A stretch of 64,000 nt of DNA from Chloroflexota bacterium (GTDB lineage: Bacteria > Chloroflexota > UBA11872). Under the pieces are notes generated by a model. The model did not search any database. It had not been told where the DNA came from and saw only the letters and a program-made list of their open reading frames with translations. Location: positions 3,712,434-3,776,433 of the forward strand of contig OZ240251.1 of NCBI GenBank assembly GCA_965198285.1, written 5' to 3'. Positions 30,628-40,083 of the stretch are shown here, one piece after another (within the stretch, counting starts at the first letter, position 1; the number at the start of each line of letters is the position of its first letter). Made by a program: the position numbers and the translations under genes.

Positions 30628-31881
30628 ATGCGCGTAGATCTAGCCTACGGCGACGGCGTCCTGCCGGTCGACCTGGACATGGACGCGGACGTCATTGAGC
30701 CGCGCGACCCGCCGCGCGTTGCCAGTCCGGGCCAGGCGCTGCGCAGAGCCCTGCGCCGCCCCATCGGCAGTCCGCCGTTGGCAGACCTGGTTCCTCCAGA
30801 CAGTTCGATCGTGGTCGTCATGAGCGACAGCACTCGGCCCGCGCCGAACCGCCTCATGCTCGAAGCGCTACTGGCCGAACTCGGCGGCGAGGCTGCCGCC
30901 CGCATCGATGTGCTCGTAGCCACCGGCCTGCATCGACCCACGCGCGACGACGAACTCGACCGCATGCTTGGCCCGGAGCTGCGGCGGACCCTCCGCATCA
31001 GCAACCACGACGCCCACGACTCGACGTGTCTTCGCGAGATCGGCCGAACCTCGTCCGGACGGCCCATCGTCATCAACCGCCGCTACCTGGACGCCGACGT
31101 TCGCATCACCCTCGGCCTGATCGAGCCGCACTTCTTCGCCGGCTTCAGCGGCGGGGCCAAACTCGTCCTGCCCGGTGTGGCGGGCGAAGCCAGCATCCTG
31201 CGTAACCACGACGCCGAGATGATCGGCCACCCCAGCGCCGGCTGGGGCACGCTGGCCGGCAACCCGATCCACCGCGAGCAGCGCGAAGCGGCACGGTTGG
31301 CCGGCTGTGAGTTCAGCCTCAACGTCACCATCGCGGGCGACGGCGCCATCACCGGGATTTTTGCCGGCGCGCTGGAGGCCGTGCACGACGCCGGCTGTCA
31401 GGCGGCGCTCCAGGCCGCAATGCAGCCCGTTGATCGGGCCTACGACGTCGTCGTCACCACCAACGGCGGCCATCCGCTGGACCTCAACCTGTACCAGGCC
31501 GTCAAGGGGATGGACGCGGCGGCCCAGATCGTGCGTCCCGGCGGCCACATCGTCATGGCCGCCGAATGTCGCGAAGGCGCCGGACACGGCGACTTTGTTC
31601 ACATCCTGCGGGAACACAAGACGCCGCGTTCGATGGTCCAGGCCATTCAGGAGGCGCCGCGGGTCCGCGGTGACCAGTGGCAAAACCAGATTTTCGGGCG
31701 CGTGTTGGACAACGCCACCGTGCATTTGCGCGCCGACGGGCTGACCGACGATGAGGTCCGGGCTGCCCACTGCGTTCCGTGCCCGGACGTGGCCCGGCGA
31801 ACCCGCGAACTCGTTGGCGCTTCGGGCCGCGCCTGCGTTCTCCCCCGCGGCCCCTTCACAATTCCGTACATCGCCGCCTGA
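30628..31881 (+). CDS. larA: LarA-family nickel-pincer racemase/epimerase
   Basis: SDSTRP, ATGLHR, NHD, EPHFFAGFSGGAK, GGHPLDLNLYQAVKG, ECREG. Confidence 0.88.
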   Translation: MRVDLAYGDGVLPVDLDMDADVIEPRDPPRVASPGQALRRALRRPIGSPPLADLVPPDSSIVVVMSDSTRPAPNRLMLEALLAELGGEAAARIDVLVATGLHRPTRDDELDRMLGPELRRTLRISNHDAHDSTCLREIGRTSSGRPIVINRRYLDADVRITLGLIEPHFFAGFSGGAKLVLPGVAGEASILRNHDAEMIGHPSAGWGTLAGNPIHREQREAARLAGCEFSLNVTIAGDGAITGIFAGALEAVHDAGCQAALQAAMQPVDRAYDVVVTTNGGHPLDLNLYQAVKGMDAAAQIVRPGGHIVMAAECREGAGHGDFVHILREHKTPRSMVQAIQEAPRVRGDQWQNQIFGRVLDNATVHLRADGLTDDEVRAAHCVPCPDVARRTRELVGASGRACVLPRGPFTIPYIAA

Positions 31882-32004
31882 TCGCTGGCGATAGCCGTCG
31901 CCGCGCCGATCCGCTCCGGCACACCCGGGCCCGCAGACGCGGCCGAGGCAACCTCAGTAGACTCACAAGCACGGCCGGACAGCCGCGGCGGAGGGTTTGA
32001 TCAC

Positions 32005-32217
32005 GTGGACAGCACGTCAGCGAACGGCGACCACCAGCATGAGCACGTGTTTCAAGAGGTCTACCTGAGCGACGCCGTGGCCATCTCCGAGGAAACCACC
32101 CACGGCACGGTCACGCTGGAACTCTTCGACCGCGGCCTCGTGATGCACATGGATAAGGACGAGGGCCTGGAACTGGCCCGGGCCTTCACTGCGCTGGCGC
32201 GTTACCTCGAAGACTAG
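32005..32217 (+). CDS. Small hypothetical protein (70 aa)
   Basis: SD GGAGG, upstream TAGACT, host-like codon usage; stop overlaps the convergent gene. Confidence 0.7.
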   Translation: MDSTSANGDHQHEHVFQEVYLSDAVAISEETTHGTVTLELFDRGLVMHMDKDEGLELARAFTALARYLED

Positions 32218-33449
32218 TTCGACGCGTTAAAGTCGCCGGTCATCGGCCGCGACGAGATTCCGACCGGCAATTCCTCTGACGGCCCGAGCTCCGCGGGATC
32301 CAGGCGAACCCCCGCTCGGAACGTGTGCGTGGCGCGCAACTGCCGGTCCCACATTCGTTCCTCGCCGGTGCAATCCACCAGGGTGACCGGTCCCTCGTCG
32401 ACTGCCAGCACCGCAACATCGGCCTCGGCGCCCACGCGCAATGTGCCGGCGTCCAGTCCCAGCTTCTTAGCGGGCCGCAGCGTACAGCGCGTCACGATGT
32501 CCTCCAGCGGCATACCCAGCAGCCAGAACTTGGTCATCACGTTCGGCAGATTGAACGCGGGACCGTGCACGCACCCGCGGTGCAGATCCGAGCTGATGTA
32601 GTCCGGCGGAAACCCTGAATCCAGCGCGGTCCGCGCCGTGTTCCATCCGAAGCTGCTCTTGCCGTGACCGATGTCGAACTCGATCCCTCCAGCGCGCGCC
32701 TCAACGGCAGCCGGCAAGACGTTCTGTGACTCAATGTCCACCAGGCCTCCCGGCAGCGGCGTGTAGCTGTGCGTCACCACGTCGCCTGGCCGCAGTCGGG
32801 CCAGCACGTCGGGCATCGGTTCCGGGGTGTAGCCAATGTGGACCATCAGCCAGACTCCGGCTCGTTCGGCGGCTTCCACTGCGGCGTCCAGCGCGGCCTT
32901 GGCCTGGTCGCCTTCGCCCACGATCACGTCCGAGTAGCGAATCTTCACGCCCGTTGCGATGTCCCGGTTCTCCTCGATCGCGCGAACCGTCCCTTCGATG
33001 TCGACATAGCGCGGGTCGCGCAACTCGCCCAGGTGCGTCACCAGACCTGCCGTGCAGATGTGCACCAGCGCCCGAATGCGCGTGCGCGACGGCTCGATCA
33101 CATAGCGACGAAGCCCCGGCAGCGTGATTGCCCCCGCGCTGCCCGTGTCGAGGAACGACGTCGTCCCGCCCGCGGCGCCAATCTTGTCGGCTTCCAGGCC
33201 CCAGATCGTCGCGCCCCAGTACACGTGCACGTGAAAGTCGACCAACCCGGGCACGACATAGGCGCCGCGCGCGTCGACGACTTCGCCGGCCTCGCCGCGC
33301 AATTCGGATGCGACCGCCGCGATACGACCGTTGGCCACGCCAACGTCGGCCCGCACGGGTGGCCCCGCCTCGGGGTCGATCACGGTCCCGCCGCGAATCA
33401 GCAGGTCGTACGGTTTGGAGAGAGCTCTCGGCTCCTGGCTGAGCGTCAC
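32214..33449 (-). CDS. Amidohydrolase/deacetylase-family metallohydrolase (dihydroorotase-like)
   Basis: PGLVDFHVH, DTGSAG, GVKIR, MVHIG, THSY, DIGHG, ISSDLH. Confidence 0.88.
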   Translation of the reverse strand: MTLSQEPRALSKPYDLLIRGGTVIDPEAGPPVRADVGVANGRIAAVASELRGEAGEVVDARGAYVVPGLVDFHVHVYWGATIWGLEADKIGAAGGTTSFLDTGSAGAITLPGLRRYVIEPSRTRIRALVHICTAGLVTHLGELRDPRYVDIEGTVRAIEENRDIATGVKIRYSDVIVGEGDQAKAALDAAVEAAERAGVWLMVHIGYTPEPMPDVLARLRPGDVVTHSYTPLPGGLVDIESQNVLPAAVEARAGGIEFDIGHGKSSFGWNTARTALDSGFPPDYISSDLHRGCVHGPAFNLPNVMTKFWLLGMPLEDIVTRCTLRPAKKLGLDAGTLRVGAEADVAVLAVDEGPVTLVDCTGEERMWDRQLRATHTFRAGVRLDPAELGPSEELPVGISSRPMTGDFNASN

Positions 33450-33679
33450 ACTAGTTCCCCGCATGTGGGTGGTACGTGCGCAAGCCGCATCCGACAAATA
33501 TCCGGTGCGGCGCGAGTGGCGGTAGGGTACCATCAGGCAGTCGATCGTCCGCGTCCGTCGCGACGCTGGCAACGGCATCGGCTATCATGTCGTGCTGCTG
33601 CCCCAGACGACTCGGCAGCTACCGCCCAACCACGACGCAGAGATTCAATCTGGCGTCGGACTGTCACGGAGGAGATTGC

Positions 33680-33982
33680 ATGGCCACGGTTGCGACCAAG
33701 GTCAAGCCGCTTGGCGACCGCGTGTTGATTCAGCCGGAAGACCGCGAAACGACGACGGCGAGTGGACTCGTGCTTCCTGATACGGCCAAGGAAAAGCCCC
33801 AGGAAGGCACCGTCATGGCTGTCGGCGCCGGTCGCGTGAACGACGACGGCGTGACGGTTGCGCTGGTAGTCAAAGAAGGGGACAAAGTCCTCTACGCCAA
33901 ATACGCCGGGACTGAGCTGCGCTTGGACGATGAGGCCTACCTGATCGTCAGCGAGCGCGACGTCCTCGCCATCATCAGCTAG
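33680..33982 (+). CDS. groES: Co-chaperonin GroES
   Basis: [38 protein letters not shown]; SD GGAGGAG. Confidence 0.97.
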   Translation: MATVATKVKPLGDRVLIQPEDRETTTASGLVLPDTAKEKPQEGTVMAVGAGRVNDDGVTVALVVKEGDKVLYAKYAGTELRLDDEAYLIVSERDVLAIIS

Positions 33983-33991
33983 CGAGGCGTC

Positions 33992-35677
33992 TTGCCTAAG
34001 GTTCCGGGCACGATTGGGGACCAGCTTCCAAAGCCCGAGAAAAAGGAAGTTCGCTTCGGTCACGAGGCCCGCGAGACACTGCGTGCCGGCATCGACATCG
34101 TTGCCAACACCGTAGGGTCGACGCTAGGGCCTCGCGGCCGGAACGTGGCGTTCGCGCGAACGCTGCGCCCCCCGCAGATCACCAACGACGGCGTTACCGT
34201 CGCCAACGAAATCGAGCGGGTGAACAACGTCCTGCATGATCTGGGCATCCAGATCATGAAGGAAGCGGCCGCCAAGACCAATGCCATGACGGAGGACGGC
34301 ACAACCACCGCCACCGTCCTGGCCCAGGCCATCGTGCATCGTGGCCTCTACAACATTGCCGCGGGCGCGAACGCCATGCTCCTTCGCGAGGGCTTGCGGC
34401 GCGCTTCCGACGCGGCCATCGAGCACCTGCGCGACCTGGCTCGACCGATCGAAAACACCGAAGAGATCCGCCACGTCGCCACCGTTTCAGGCGACGACGC
34501 TGAACTCGGCAAGATCGTCGGCGACATCATGAGCCGCGTCGGGCGCGACGGCCTCGTCACGGTTGACTATCACCGCCGCGGCGTGCGCCTGGAACCCCGC
34601 TACGTCGAGGGCTTGCAGGTCGACAAGGGCTGGATCTCGCCCTATTTCGTCACCGACACCCACAAGATGCAGGGCTCGCTCGAAAACACCCGGGTCCTGC
34701 TCACCGATCAGGACCTCCTCTCAACCGATCAACTCACCAGCATCCTCGATAAGGTCGCCGCCAGCGACAACCGCAACCTGCTGCTGGTGTCCAACATCCT
34801 CAGAGGCGACGCCCTGACCTTTGTGCTCCAGAACAAGCTCCGCGGCAACCTGAACGTCGTGGCTATTCAGTCCCCGTCCTTCGGCGACGAGATGCGCGAC
34901 CTCCTGGAAGACCTGGCCGTGCTCACCGGCGCCACCGTTGTGTCGAGCAGCCTGGGCATCCGCTGGCAGGACGTCCCACTGGAATGGCTGGGATTCGCCA
35001 AGCGCGTCGTCGCGAACCGGGAAGCGACCATCATCCTCGAGGGCGCCGGTCACGGGGCCGACATCCAGGACCGCCAGAATCAGCTACGCGCCCAGCTTGA
35101 GGAAGAAACCAACCCCAACTTCGAGAAGAAACTCGAACGCCGCATCGCCCGCATGGGCGGAGCCGTGGGTATCGTGGCTGTTGGCGGCGTCACCGAACAG
35201 GAAATCAACCACCTGAAAGACAAAGCCGACGACGCCGTCGGCGCGGTGAAGGTGGCCTTGCGGGAAGGCATCGTCCCCGGCGGTGGCACCTCGCTGCTGC
35301 GCGCGCAGACCGCCGCCGCGCGCGTTGGCGAAGAACTCTCCGGTGATGCGGCCGTCGGTGCGCGCATCATCGTCGACGCCCTGGAATCGCCGCTGCGGCG
35401 CATCGCGCGCAACTCGGGCGCCAGCCCCTCGGTCGTCGTCAACCGCGTGCGTAAGCTTCCCGACTGGCATGGGTGGGACGCCGTCGTGGGCGACTACACG
35501 GACCTCTATGCGCGCGGCATCATCGACCCAGCGGCGATTTCAATCGCCGCCATTCGGGCCGCCGTCAGCGTCGGCATCATGACGTTGACCACCGAGGCGA
35601 TCGTGTGCGAGAACCGCCCAATTCCCGTGGCCGCCAAGCCGGAAGACGACTTCATGAGTGAGGGCGGCATCTATTAG
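33992..35677 (+). CDS. groEL: Divergent chaperonin GroEL paralog
   Basis: TLGPRGRNV, TNDGVTVA, EDGTTTATVLA, GWISPYF, GIVPGGG, GIIDP; N-terminal extension and no GGM tail. Confidence 0.88.
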   Translation: MPKVPGTIGDQLPKPEKKEVRFGHEARETLRAGIDIVANTVGSTLGPRGRNVAFARTLRPPQITNDGVTVANEIERVNNVLHDLGIQIMKEAAAKTNAMTEDGTTTATVLAQAIVHRGLYNIAAGANAMLLREGLRRASDAAIEHLRDLARPIENTEEIRHVATVSGDDAELGKIVGDIMSRVGRDGLVTVDYHRRGVRLEPRYVEGLQVDKGWISPYFVTDTHKMQGSLENTRVLLTDQDLLSTDQLTSILDKVAASDNRNLLLVSNILRGDALTFVLQNKLRGNLNVVAIQSPSFGDEMRDLLEDLAVLTGATVVSSSLGIRWQDVPLEWLGFAKRVVANREATIILEGAGHGADIQDRQNQLRAQLEEETNPNFEKKLERRIARMGGAVGIVAVGGVTEQEINHLKDKADDAVGAVKVALREGIVPGGGTSLLRAQTAAARVGEELSGDAAVGARIIVDALESPLRRIARNSGASPSVVVNRVRKLPDWHGWDAVVGDYTDLYARGIIDPAAISIAAIRAAVSVGIMTLTTEAIVCENRPIPVAAKPEDDFMSEGGIY

Positions 35678-35703
35678 CCGACCGTCATGCGTCCGCCAGC
35701 GCC

Positions 35704-36900
35704 GTGACTAACACCTTCAATTTTGAACGCTGCCTCAGCGACGAGGCCCACCGTCGAGTTGCTCCGGGCAGGATGGTCTCGGCCTCCGGCGCGCCCGACG
35801 ACATCGTGGCGGACCTGGTAGTTGGCGAACCTGCCAATGAGGCCTTGCCCCTGGACCAGATGGTCGAGGCCGCCCGCCACGCCCTTCCCGAAAACTACGA
35901 CGCCCTCTTGTACGGTCGCCGCAAAGGCAGCCTGGAACTCGTCGAGGTCGTGCGTGAAAAGCTGCGAGCCTTCGAGGGACTTGAGGTCGATCCCGATCAG
36001 ATCATCATCACCAACGGGTCCAGCCAGGCCATCGACATGGTGCTGCGCACGTTTGTTAACCAAGACCAGATCATCGCCCTCGACCAAGCCTCGTTCGGCG
36101 CCCTGTTCGTTCGGCGCGTCAGCGACTACGGCGCACACGTGGCCTGGGACACCAACGGCCCCCGGACCGACGCCCTTGACGAGCTCTTCGCTACCCGGCA
36201 GCCCGCCATCTTCTACACGATTCCGACCTTTCAGAACCCCATGGGCGCCACCGTTTCGCATGCGCGCCGGCTTGAGTTGCTGGAGGTGTGCCACCGCCAC
36301 GGCGTGCCGGTGTTTGAGGACGACGCTTACTACGAACTGCACTACGACGGCGAACGGCCCCCGTCCATGTACCAACTCGACGGCGGCACGGGCCTCGTCA
36401 TCCGCGCGGGCACGTTTTCCAAGATCCTCGGCGCCGGCATCCGGCTGGGTTGGATTCTCACGTCGGCCCCCTTGGCCGACCGCATCCTGCCGCTCAAGAC
36501 CGATGGCGGCACCAGCCCCTTCTCATCTGCCCTGGCCTCGGAATTCATGCGCGAGCACATGGAAGATCAGATCGCGCGCCTGCAGGACATCTATCGCGAA
36601 CGGCGGGACGTCATGCTGGACGCGCTCGACGAACACGTCGGCGACCTGGCGACCTGGATCCGACCCGGCGGCGGTTTCTTCTTCTGGCTCACGCTCCGCC
36701 GACCCGAACTCGTGCAGGACGTAATTCAGCGCTGCGAGAACGCCCGAGTGCTGGTCCGCAACGGTTCCGTCTTTCGCGCGGACGGCGCCAACCTCGGCGC
36801 GATTCGCCTGGCCTTCAGCCACGCTCCGCACGCCGACATCCGCACCGGCGTGAAGATCCTCGGCGAAGCCATCCGCGCTTCGAACGCCGCCAACCCATGA
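35704..36900 (+). CDS. PLP-dependent class I aminotransferase (LysN/MocR-catalytic-domain-like)
   Basis: ITNGSSQA, IPTFQNPMG, EDDAYYEL, GTFSKILGAGIRLGW, GGFFFW. Confidence 0.9.
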   Translation: MTNTFNFERCLSDEAHRRVAPGRMVSASGAPDDIVADLVVGEPANEALPLDQMVEAARHALPENYDALLYGRRKGSLELVEVVREKLRAFEGLEVDPDQIIITNGSSQAIDMVLRTFVNQDQIIALDQASFGALFVRRVSDYGAHVAWDTNGPRTDALDELFATRQPAIFYTIPTFQNPMGATVSHARRLELLEVCHRHGVPVFEDDAYYELHYDGERPPSMYQLDGGTGLVIRAGTFSKILGAGIRLGWILTSAPLADRILPLKTDGGTSPFSSALASEFMREHMEDQIARLQDIYRERRDVMLDALDEHVGDLATWIRPGGGFFFWLTLRRPELVQDVIQRCENARVLVRNGSVFRADGANLGAIRLAFSHAPHADIRTGVKILGEAIRASNAANP

Positions 36901-37961
36901 GCGCCGACTTCGCCCAAGCCGCCGTCGGCCAGCGCGTGCCGGTGGACCGGATGCGCGCGTTTACCACCAGCGTCATGCACGCCGCCGGCGCACCCGAAGA
37001 CCGCGCCGCCCAGATTGCCGACGTGCTGGTGGAAGCCGACGCGCGCGGCGTCTTTTCCCACGGCGTGACCCGCGTCACGCCCTATACGGCTGACATCCGC
37101 TCGGGCCTCGTCAAGGCAGACGCGGACGTCAGGCTGGTGCGGGAACGGCCCGCCACCGCCGTGCTCGACGCCGAGGGCGCGCCCGGTGCCGTTTCGGCGC
37201 AGATCGGCATGCAACGCGCCATCGACCTGGCCAAAGACGGCGCGGCTGGCATGGTTTCCGTGCACAACGGACGCCACTTTGGACCGGCCGCGCACTGGGC
37301 GCTCCAAGCCGTCGAGGCCGGGTGCATCGCCTTCGTCACCAGCAGCGGCGGGGGCGCCTCCGGCGTCCTGGCCTTCGGCAGCCGCACACCCGCGCTGACC
37401 AACGGACCCATCGCCTGGGCGCTTCCCGCTGGCCGAAACTATCCCGTTGTGGCCGACATGGCCGTCGGCTTCTCGGCGCTGGGCAAGGTTCGCGTCGCCG
37501 CCGCCACCGGGCAGTCCATCCCCCCGGACGTCGGCGTGGACGCCGAGGGCAATCCCACCACCGACCCAAACCAGCTCGTCTGGTTGAACCCCTTCGCCGG
37601 CCCCAAGGGCTTCGGAATGGGGATTGTGATGGAGACGCTGTCCGGCATTCTGGCGGGCGCCACCGCGGCCGTGAACCGAAAGCCCGACCATCTGGGCACT
37701 GTCGGCCAGGTCTTTGCCGCCATTCGCGTTGAGGCCTTCCGTCCATTGGCTGAGTTCGTCGCCGAGATGGACCGCACGATCGACGCCATCCACGCGCTGC
37801 GTCCGGCCGAAGGCTTCAACCGCGTGCTGGTTCCCGGCGAACCTGAGTGGCTCAAACGCGCCGACGCCTTCGACCGCGGGATCGGCTACCCCAGCGGGCT
37901 GCTGGACGCGGTGGCCGAAACCGGCCGCGCCTACGGCGTGGACCCGGAGTGGGACGCATGA
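36897..37961 (+). CDS. Ldh_2-family oxidoreductase (ComC/AllD/YiaK-like), copy 1
   Basis: ADARGVFSHG, HNGRHFG, TNGPIA, ADMA, GPKGFG, VPGEPE; ATGA overlap. Confidence 0.9.
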   Translation: MSADFAQAAVGQRVPVDRMRAFTTSVMHAAGAPEDRAAQIADVLVEADARGVFSHGVTRVTPYTADIRSGLVKADADVRLVRERPATAVLDAEGAPGAVSAQIGMQRAIDLAKDGAAGMVSVHNGRHFGPAAHWALQAVEAGCIAFVTSSGGGASGVLAFGSRTPALTNGPIAWALPAGRNYPVVADMAVGFSALGKVRVAAATGQSIPPDVGVDAEGNPTTDPNQLVWLNPFAGPKGFGMGIVMETLSGILAGATAAVNRKPDHLGTVGQVFAAIRVEAFRPLAEFVAEMDRTIDAIHALRPAEGFNRVLVPGEPEWLKRADAFDRGIGYPSGLLDAVAETGRAYGVDPEWDA

Positions 37962-39028
37962 GCGACCGGTTGAGCTACGGCCCCGGCGGCGCGCGGATCC
38001 CGGCCGACGCGATGCGCGCGTTCGGAACCGCCGCACTGGACGCGACCGGCGTCCCCCACGACGACGCGGCCTTCGTGGTCGAGACGCTCGTCCACGCGGA
38101 TCTGCGCGGGGTGTTTTCCCACGGGACGCGGCTCCTGGCCGCCTACACCGAAGCTCTGCAAGCCGGGGCTGTTAACCCGACGCCTGACATTCGCGTTCGC
38201 CACTCCACCGGAGCGGCCGTGGTGAACGGTGACCGTTCCCTGGGACAGCTCGGGAGCCGCGCCGGCATGCAGGCCGCCATCGGTATCGCCCACGACCGCG
38301 GCGTGGGAGTCGCGGCCGTGTCGGACACGGGCCACTTCGGCGCCGCCGCCTACTGGGCGCTGATGGCGGCCGACGCCGGCCTGATCGGTCTGGCCACCAG
38401 TAACATGGCCGGCCCCTGCATGCTCGCCACCGGCAGCCGGCAGCCCGCCACGGGCAACACGCCGTTGGCCTGGGCCTTTCCGACCCACGGGGCCCATCCC
38501 GTGGTGCTGGACATGGCATCGGGCGCGTATGCCCTCAACAAACTCCACATGGTGGGGACCACCACAGGCACTCTGCCAGAGGGCGTCGCCACCGACAGCG
38601 AAGGCAATCCAACCACCGACGCCTCCAAGCTCGCCTACGTGCTACCCGCCGGCGGCCCCAAAGGCTACGGCATCGGTCTGGTTCACGACCTAATGGCCGG
38701 CGTTCTTTCCGGCGACGGCGCCACGCTTATCAAGGGCGCACTCGACCCAGAGAAGAGGGTGCCGCGGGGCAGCCTGTTCTTCCTGACCGTTGACGTCGGC
38801 GCCTTCCTGCCGTTGGACGACTTCCGCACGGCCATGGATGAACAGAGCCGCGCCGTGAATGCGCTGCCGCCCGCGCCCGGCTTCTCCAAGGTGCAAATGC
38901 CCGGCCAGCCTGAATGGGAACTCTTCGAGGACAGGGCCACTAACGGCATCGCCTACCCGCCAGGCGTCCAGGAGCTGTTCGCTGCGATGGCAGACCGGCT
39001 CGGATTGGTGGCGCCCTCAGGCGTCTGA
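37958..39028 (+). CDS. Ldh_2-family oxidoreductase, copy 2
   Basis: ADLRGVFSHG, GHFGAA, GNTPLA, LDMAS, GGPKGYG, MPGQPE; ATGA overlap. Confidence 0.9.
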   Translation: MSDRLSYGPGGARIPADAMRAFGTAALDATGVPHDDAAFVVETLVHADLRGVFSHGTRLLAAYTEALQAGAVNPTPDIRVRHSTGAAVVNGDRSLGQLGSRAGMQAAIGIAHDRGVGVAAVSDTGHFGAAAYWALMAADAGLIGLATSNMAGPCMLATGSRQPATGNTPLAWAFPTHGAHPVVLDMASGAYALNKLHMVGTTTGTLPEGVATDSEGNPTTDASKLAYVLPAGGPKGYGIGLVHDLMAGVLSGDGATLIKGALDPEKRVPRGSLFFLTVDVGAFLPLDDFRTAMDEQSRAVNALPPAPGFSKVQMPGQPEWELFEDRATNGIAYPPGVQELFAAMADRLGLVAPSGV

Positions 39029-39114
39029 CCGCCACACCGCATCCCGCTCGACGTCTTCGCACAGCCTCCGCCTCTTAGGCTGCCCGCACCGAGCCGACGG
39101 ACAGACTTGCGCGA

Positions 39115-39172
39115 TTGACACGCAGATATTCTGCCTTTAGAACTTGACAATACTAGACTCAAGTCATATGAT
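39115..39172 (+). promoter_or_regulatory. Tandem sigma70 promoters of hsp20 with a HAIR-like (HspR) operator
   Basis: TTGACA(39144)-N17-TATGAT(39167), overlapped by CTTGACA-N7-ACTCAAG (39143-39163). Upstream there is a second TTGACA(39115)-N17-TAGAAC. Confidence 0.75.
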
Positions 39173-39213
39173 CCCTTCGTCAGCAGTTGACCGTATGGCA
39201 CGGAGGGTTTCAG

Positions 39214-39669
39214 ATGACGTTTGCTATCCGAAGTTGGCGGCCGCAGGCTCGCCGCCAGGCGAGTGCACCCAGGTTCTTCGACGACGAGTGGTTTGCCCGG
39301 CCATTCCGGCTGGCATTTCACGACACGCCCGGCTGGCTGCCGCCCGTGGACATCGAGGAGACGGACGACACGGTCGTCGTCCAGGCGTCGGTGCCCGGCT
39401 ATCGGCCCGAGGACATCTCGATCACGACCGCCGACGGCGACCTGATCATCCAGGGCGCGCACGACGACGGTTCACAGGCCGAGCCGGCCGACGGCAGCCG
39501 CTATCACGTCCGCGAGCGGCGCGCGGGCCGGTTCTTCCGCCGCGTCCCCCTGCCGGTGCGCACCACCACGGCCGGCGCGGGCGCTCGCTACGAGAACGGC
39601 GTCCTGACCGTGCGCGTCCCCAAGGCCGAGGAGGCCAGGGCCGCCACTATCGCCATCGAGTCCGCGTAG
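39214..39669 (+). CDS. Hsp20 / alpha-crystallin small heat-shock protein
   Basis: PPVDIEET, VPGYRPEDI, ERRAGRFFRRVPLP, ARYENGVLTVRVPK; SD GGAGG. Confidence 0.95.
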   Translation: MTFAIRSWRPQARRQASAPRFFDDEWFARPFRLAFHDTPGWLPPVDIEETDDTVVVQASVPGYRPEDISITTADGDLIIQGAHDDGSQAEPADGSRYHVRERRAGRFFRRVPLPVRTTTAGAGARYENGVLTVRVPKAEEARAATIAIESA

Positions 39670-39683
39670 GACTTGGCGGCACA

Positions 39684-39717
39684 GCGGGCGGGCTGGTCGC
39701 AAGGTCCGCCCGCCCGC
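39684..39717. terminator. GC-rich hairpin downstream of hsp20
   Basis: GCGGGCGGGC...GCCCGCCCGC 10-bp inverted repeat, without a U-tract. Confidence 0.4.
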
Positions 39718-39739
39718 AATCTCCCGCGAAAGTGTGTCC

Positions 39740-39976
39740 ATGAGCGAAACGCAGATCGATGGCTTGGCCGACAGCGCACGCGACGCCGCCGAACGTGACC
39801 AGCGGGCGGCGATCAGCAACGTGCTTGACGCGCTCCCCAGCGGCCAAAGCCCGGACCAGTGTCAGGAGTGCGGCGGCCACATAGAGCCGCTCCGCCTCGA
39901 GCTGTTGCCGGGCACCACCCAGTGCGCCGGCTGCGCCCGACGCAGCGCGCGAGTCTTGACACACAGCCTCAACTAA
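39740..39976 (+). CDS. TraR/DksA C4 zinc-finger protein
   Basis: CQECGGHIEPLRLELLPGTTQCAGC. Confidence 0.85.
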   Translation: MSETQIDGLADSARDAAERDQRAAISNVLDALPSGQSPDQCQECGGHIEPLRLELLPGTTQCAGCARRSARVLTHSLN

Positions 39977-40083
39977 CCCGGGGCGCTCCCTCCCTTCTCA
40001 CCGCCTCGCCGGCGAAGCCGGCGAGGCGGTCGACGCGTCGGGGGAGGTACGCTATCGCTTCCCGCCATTCACCGACCGGCCCC

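Noticed and set aside
33450-33680. CIRCE operator before groES
   Set aside because: No TTAGCACTC-N9-GAGTGCTAA-like sequence found by eye
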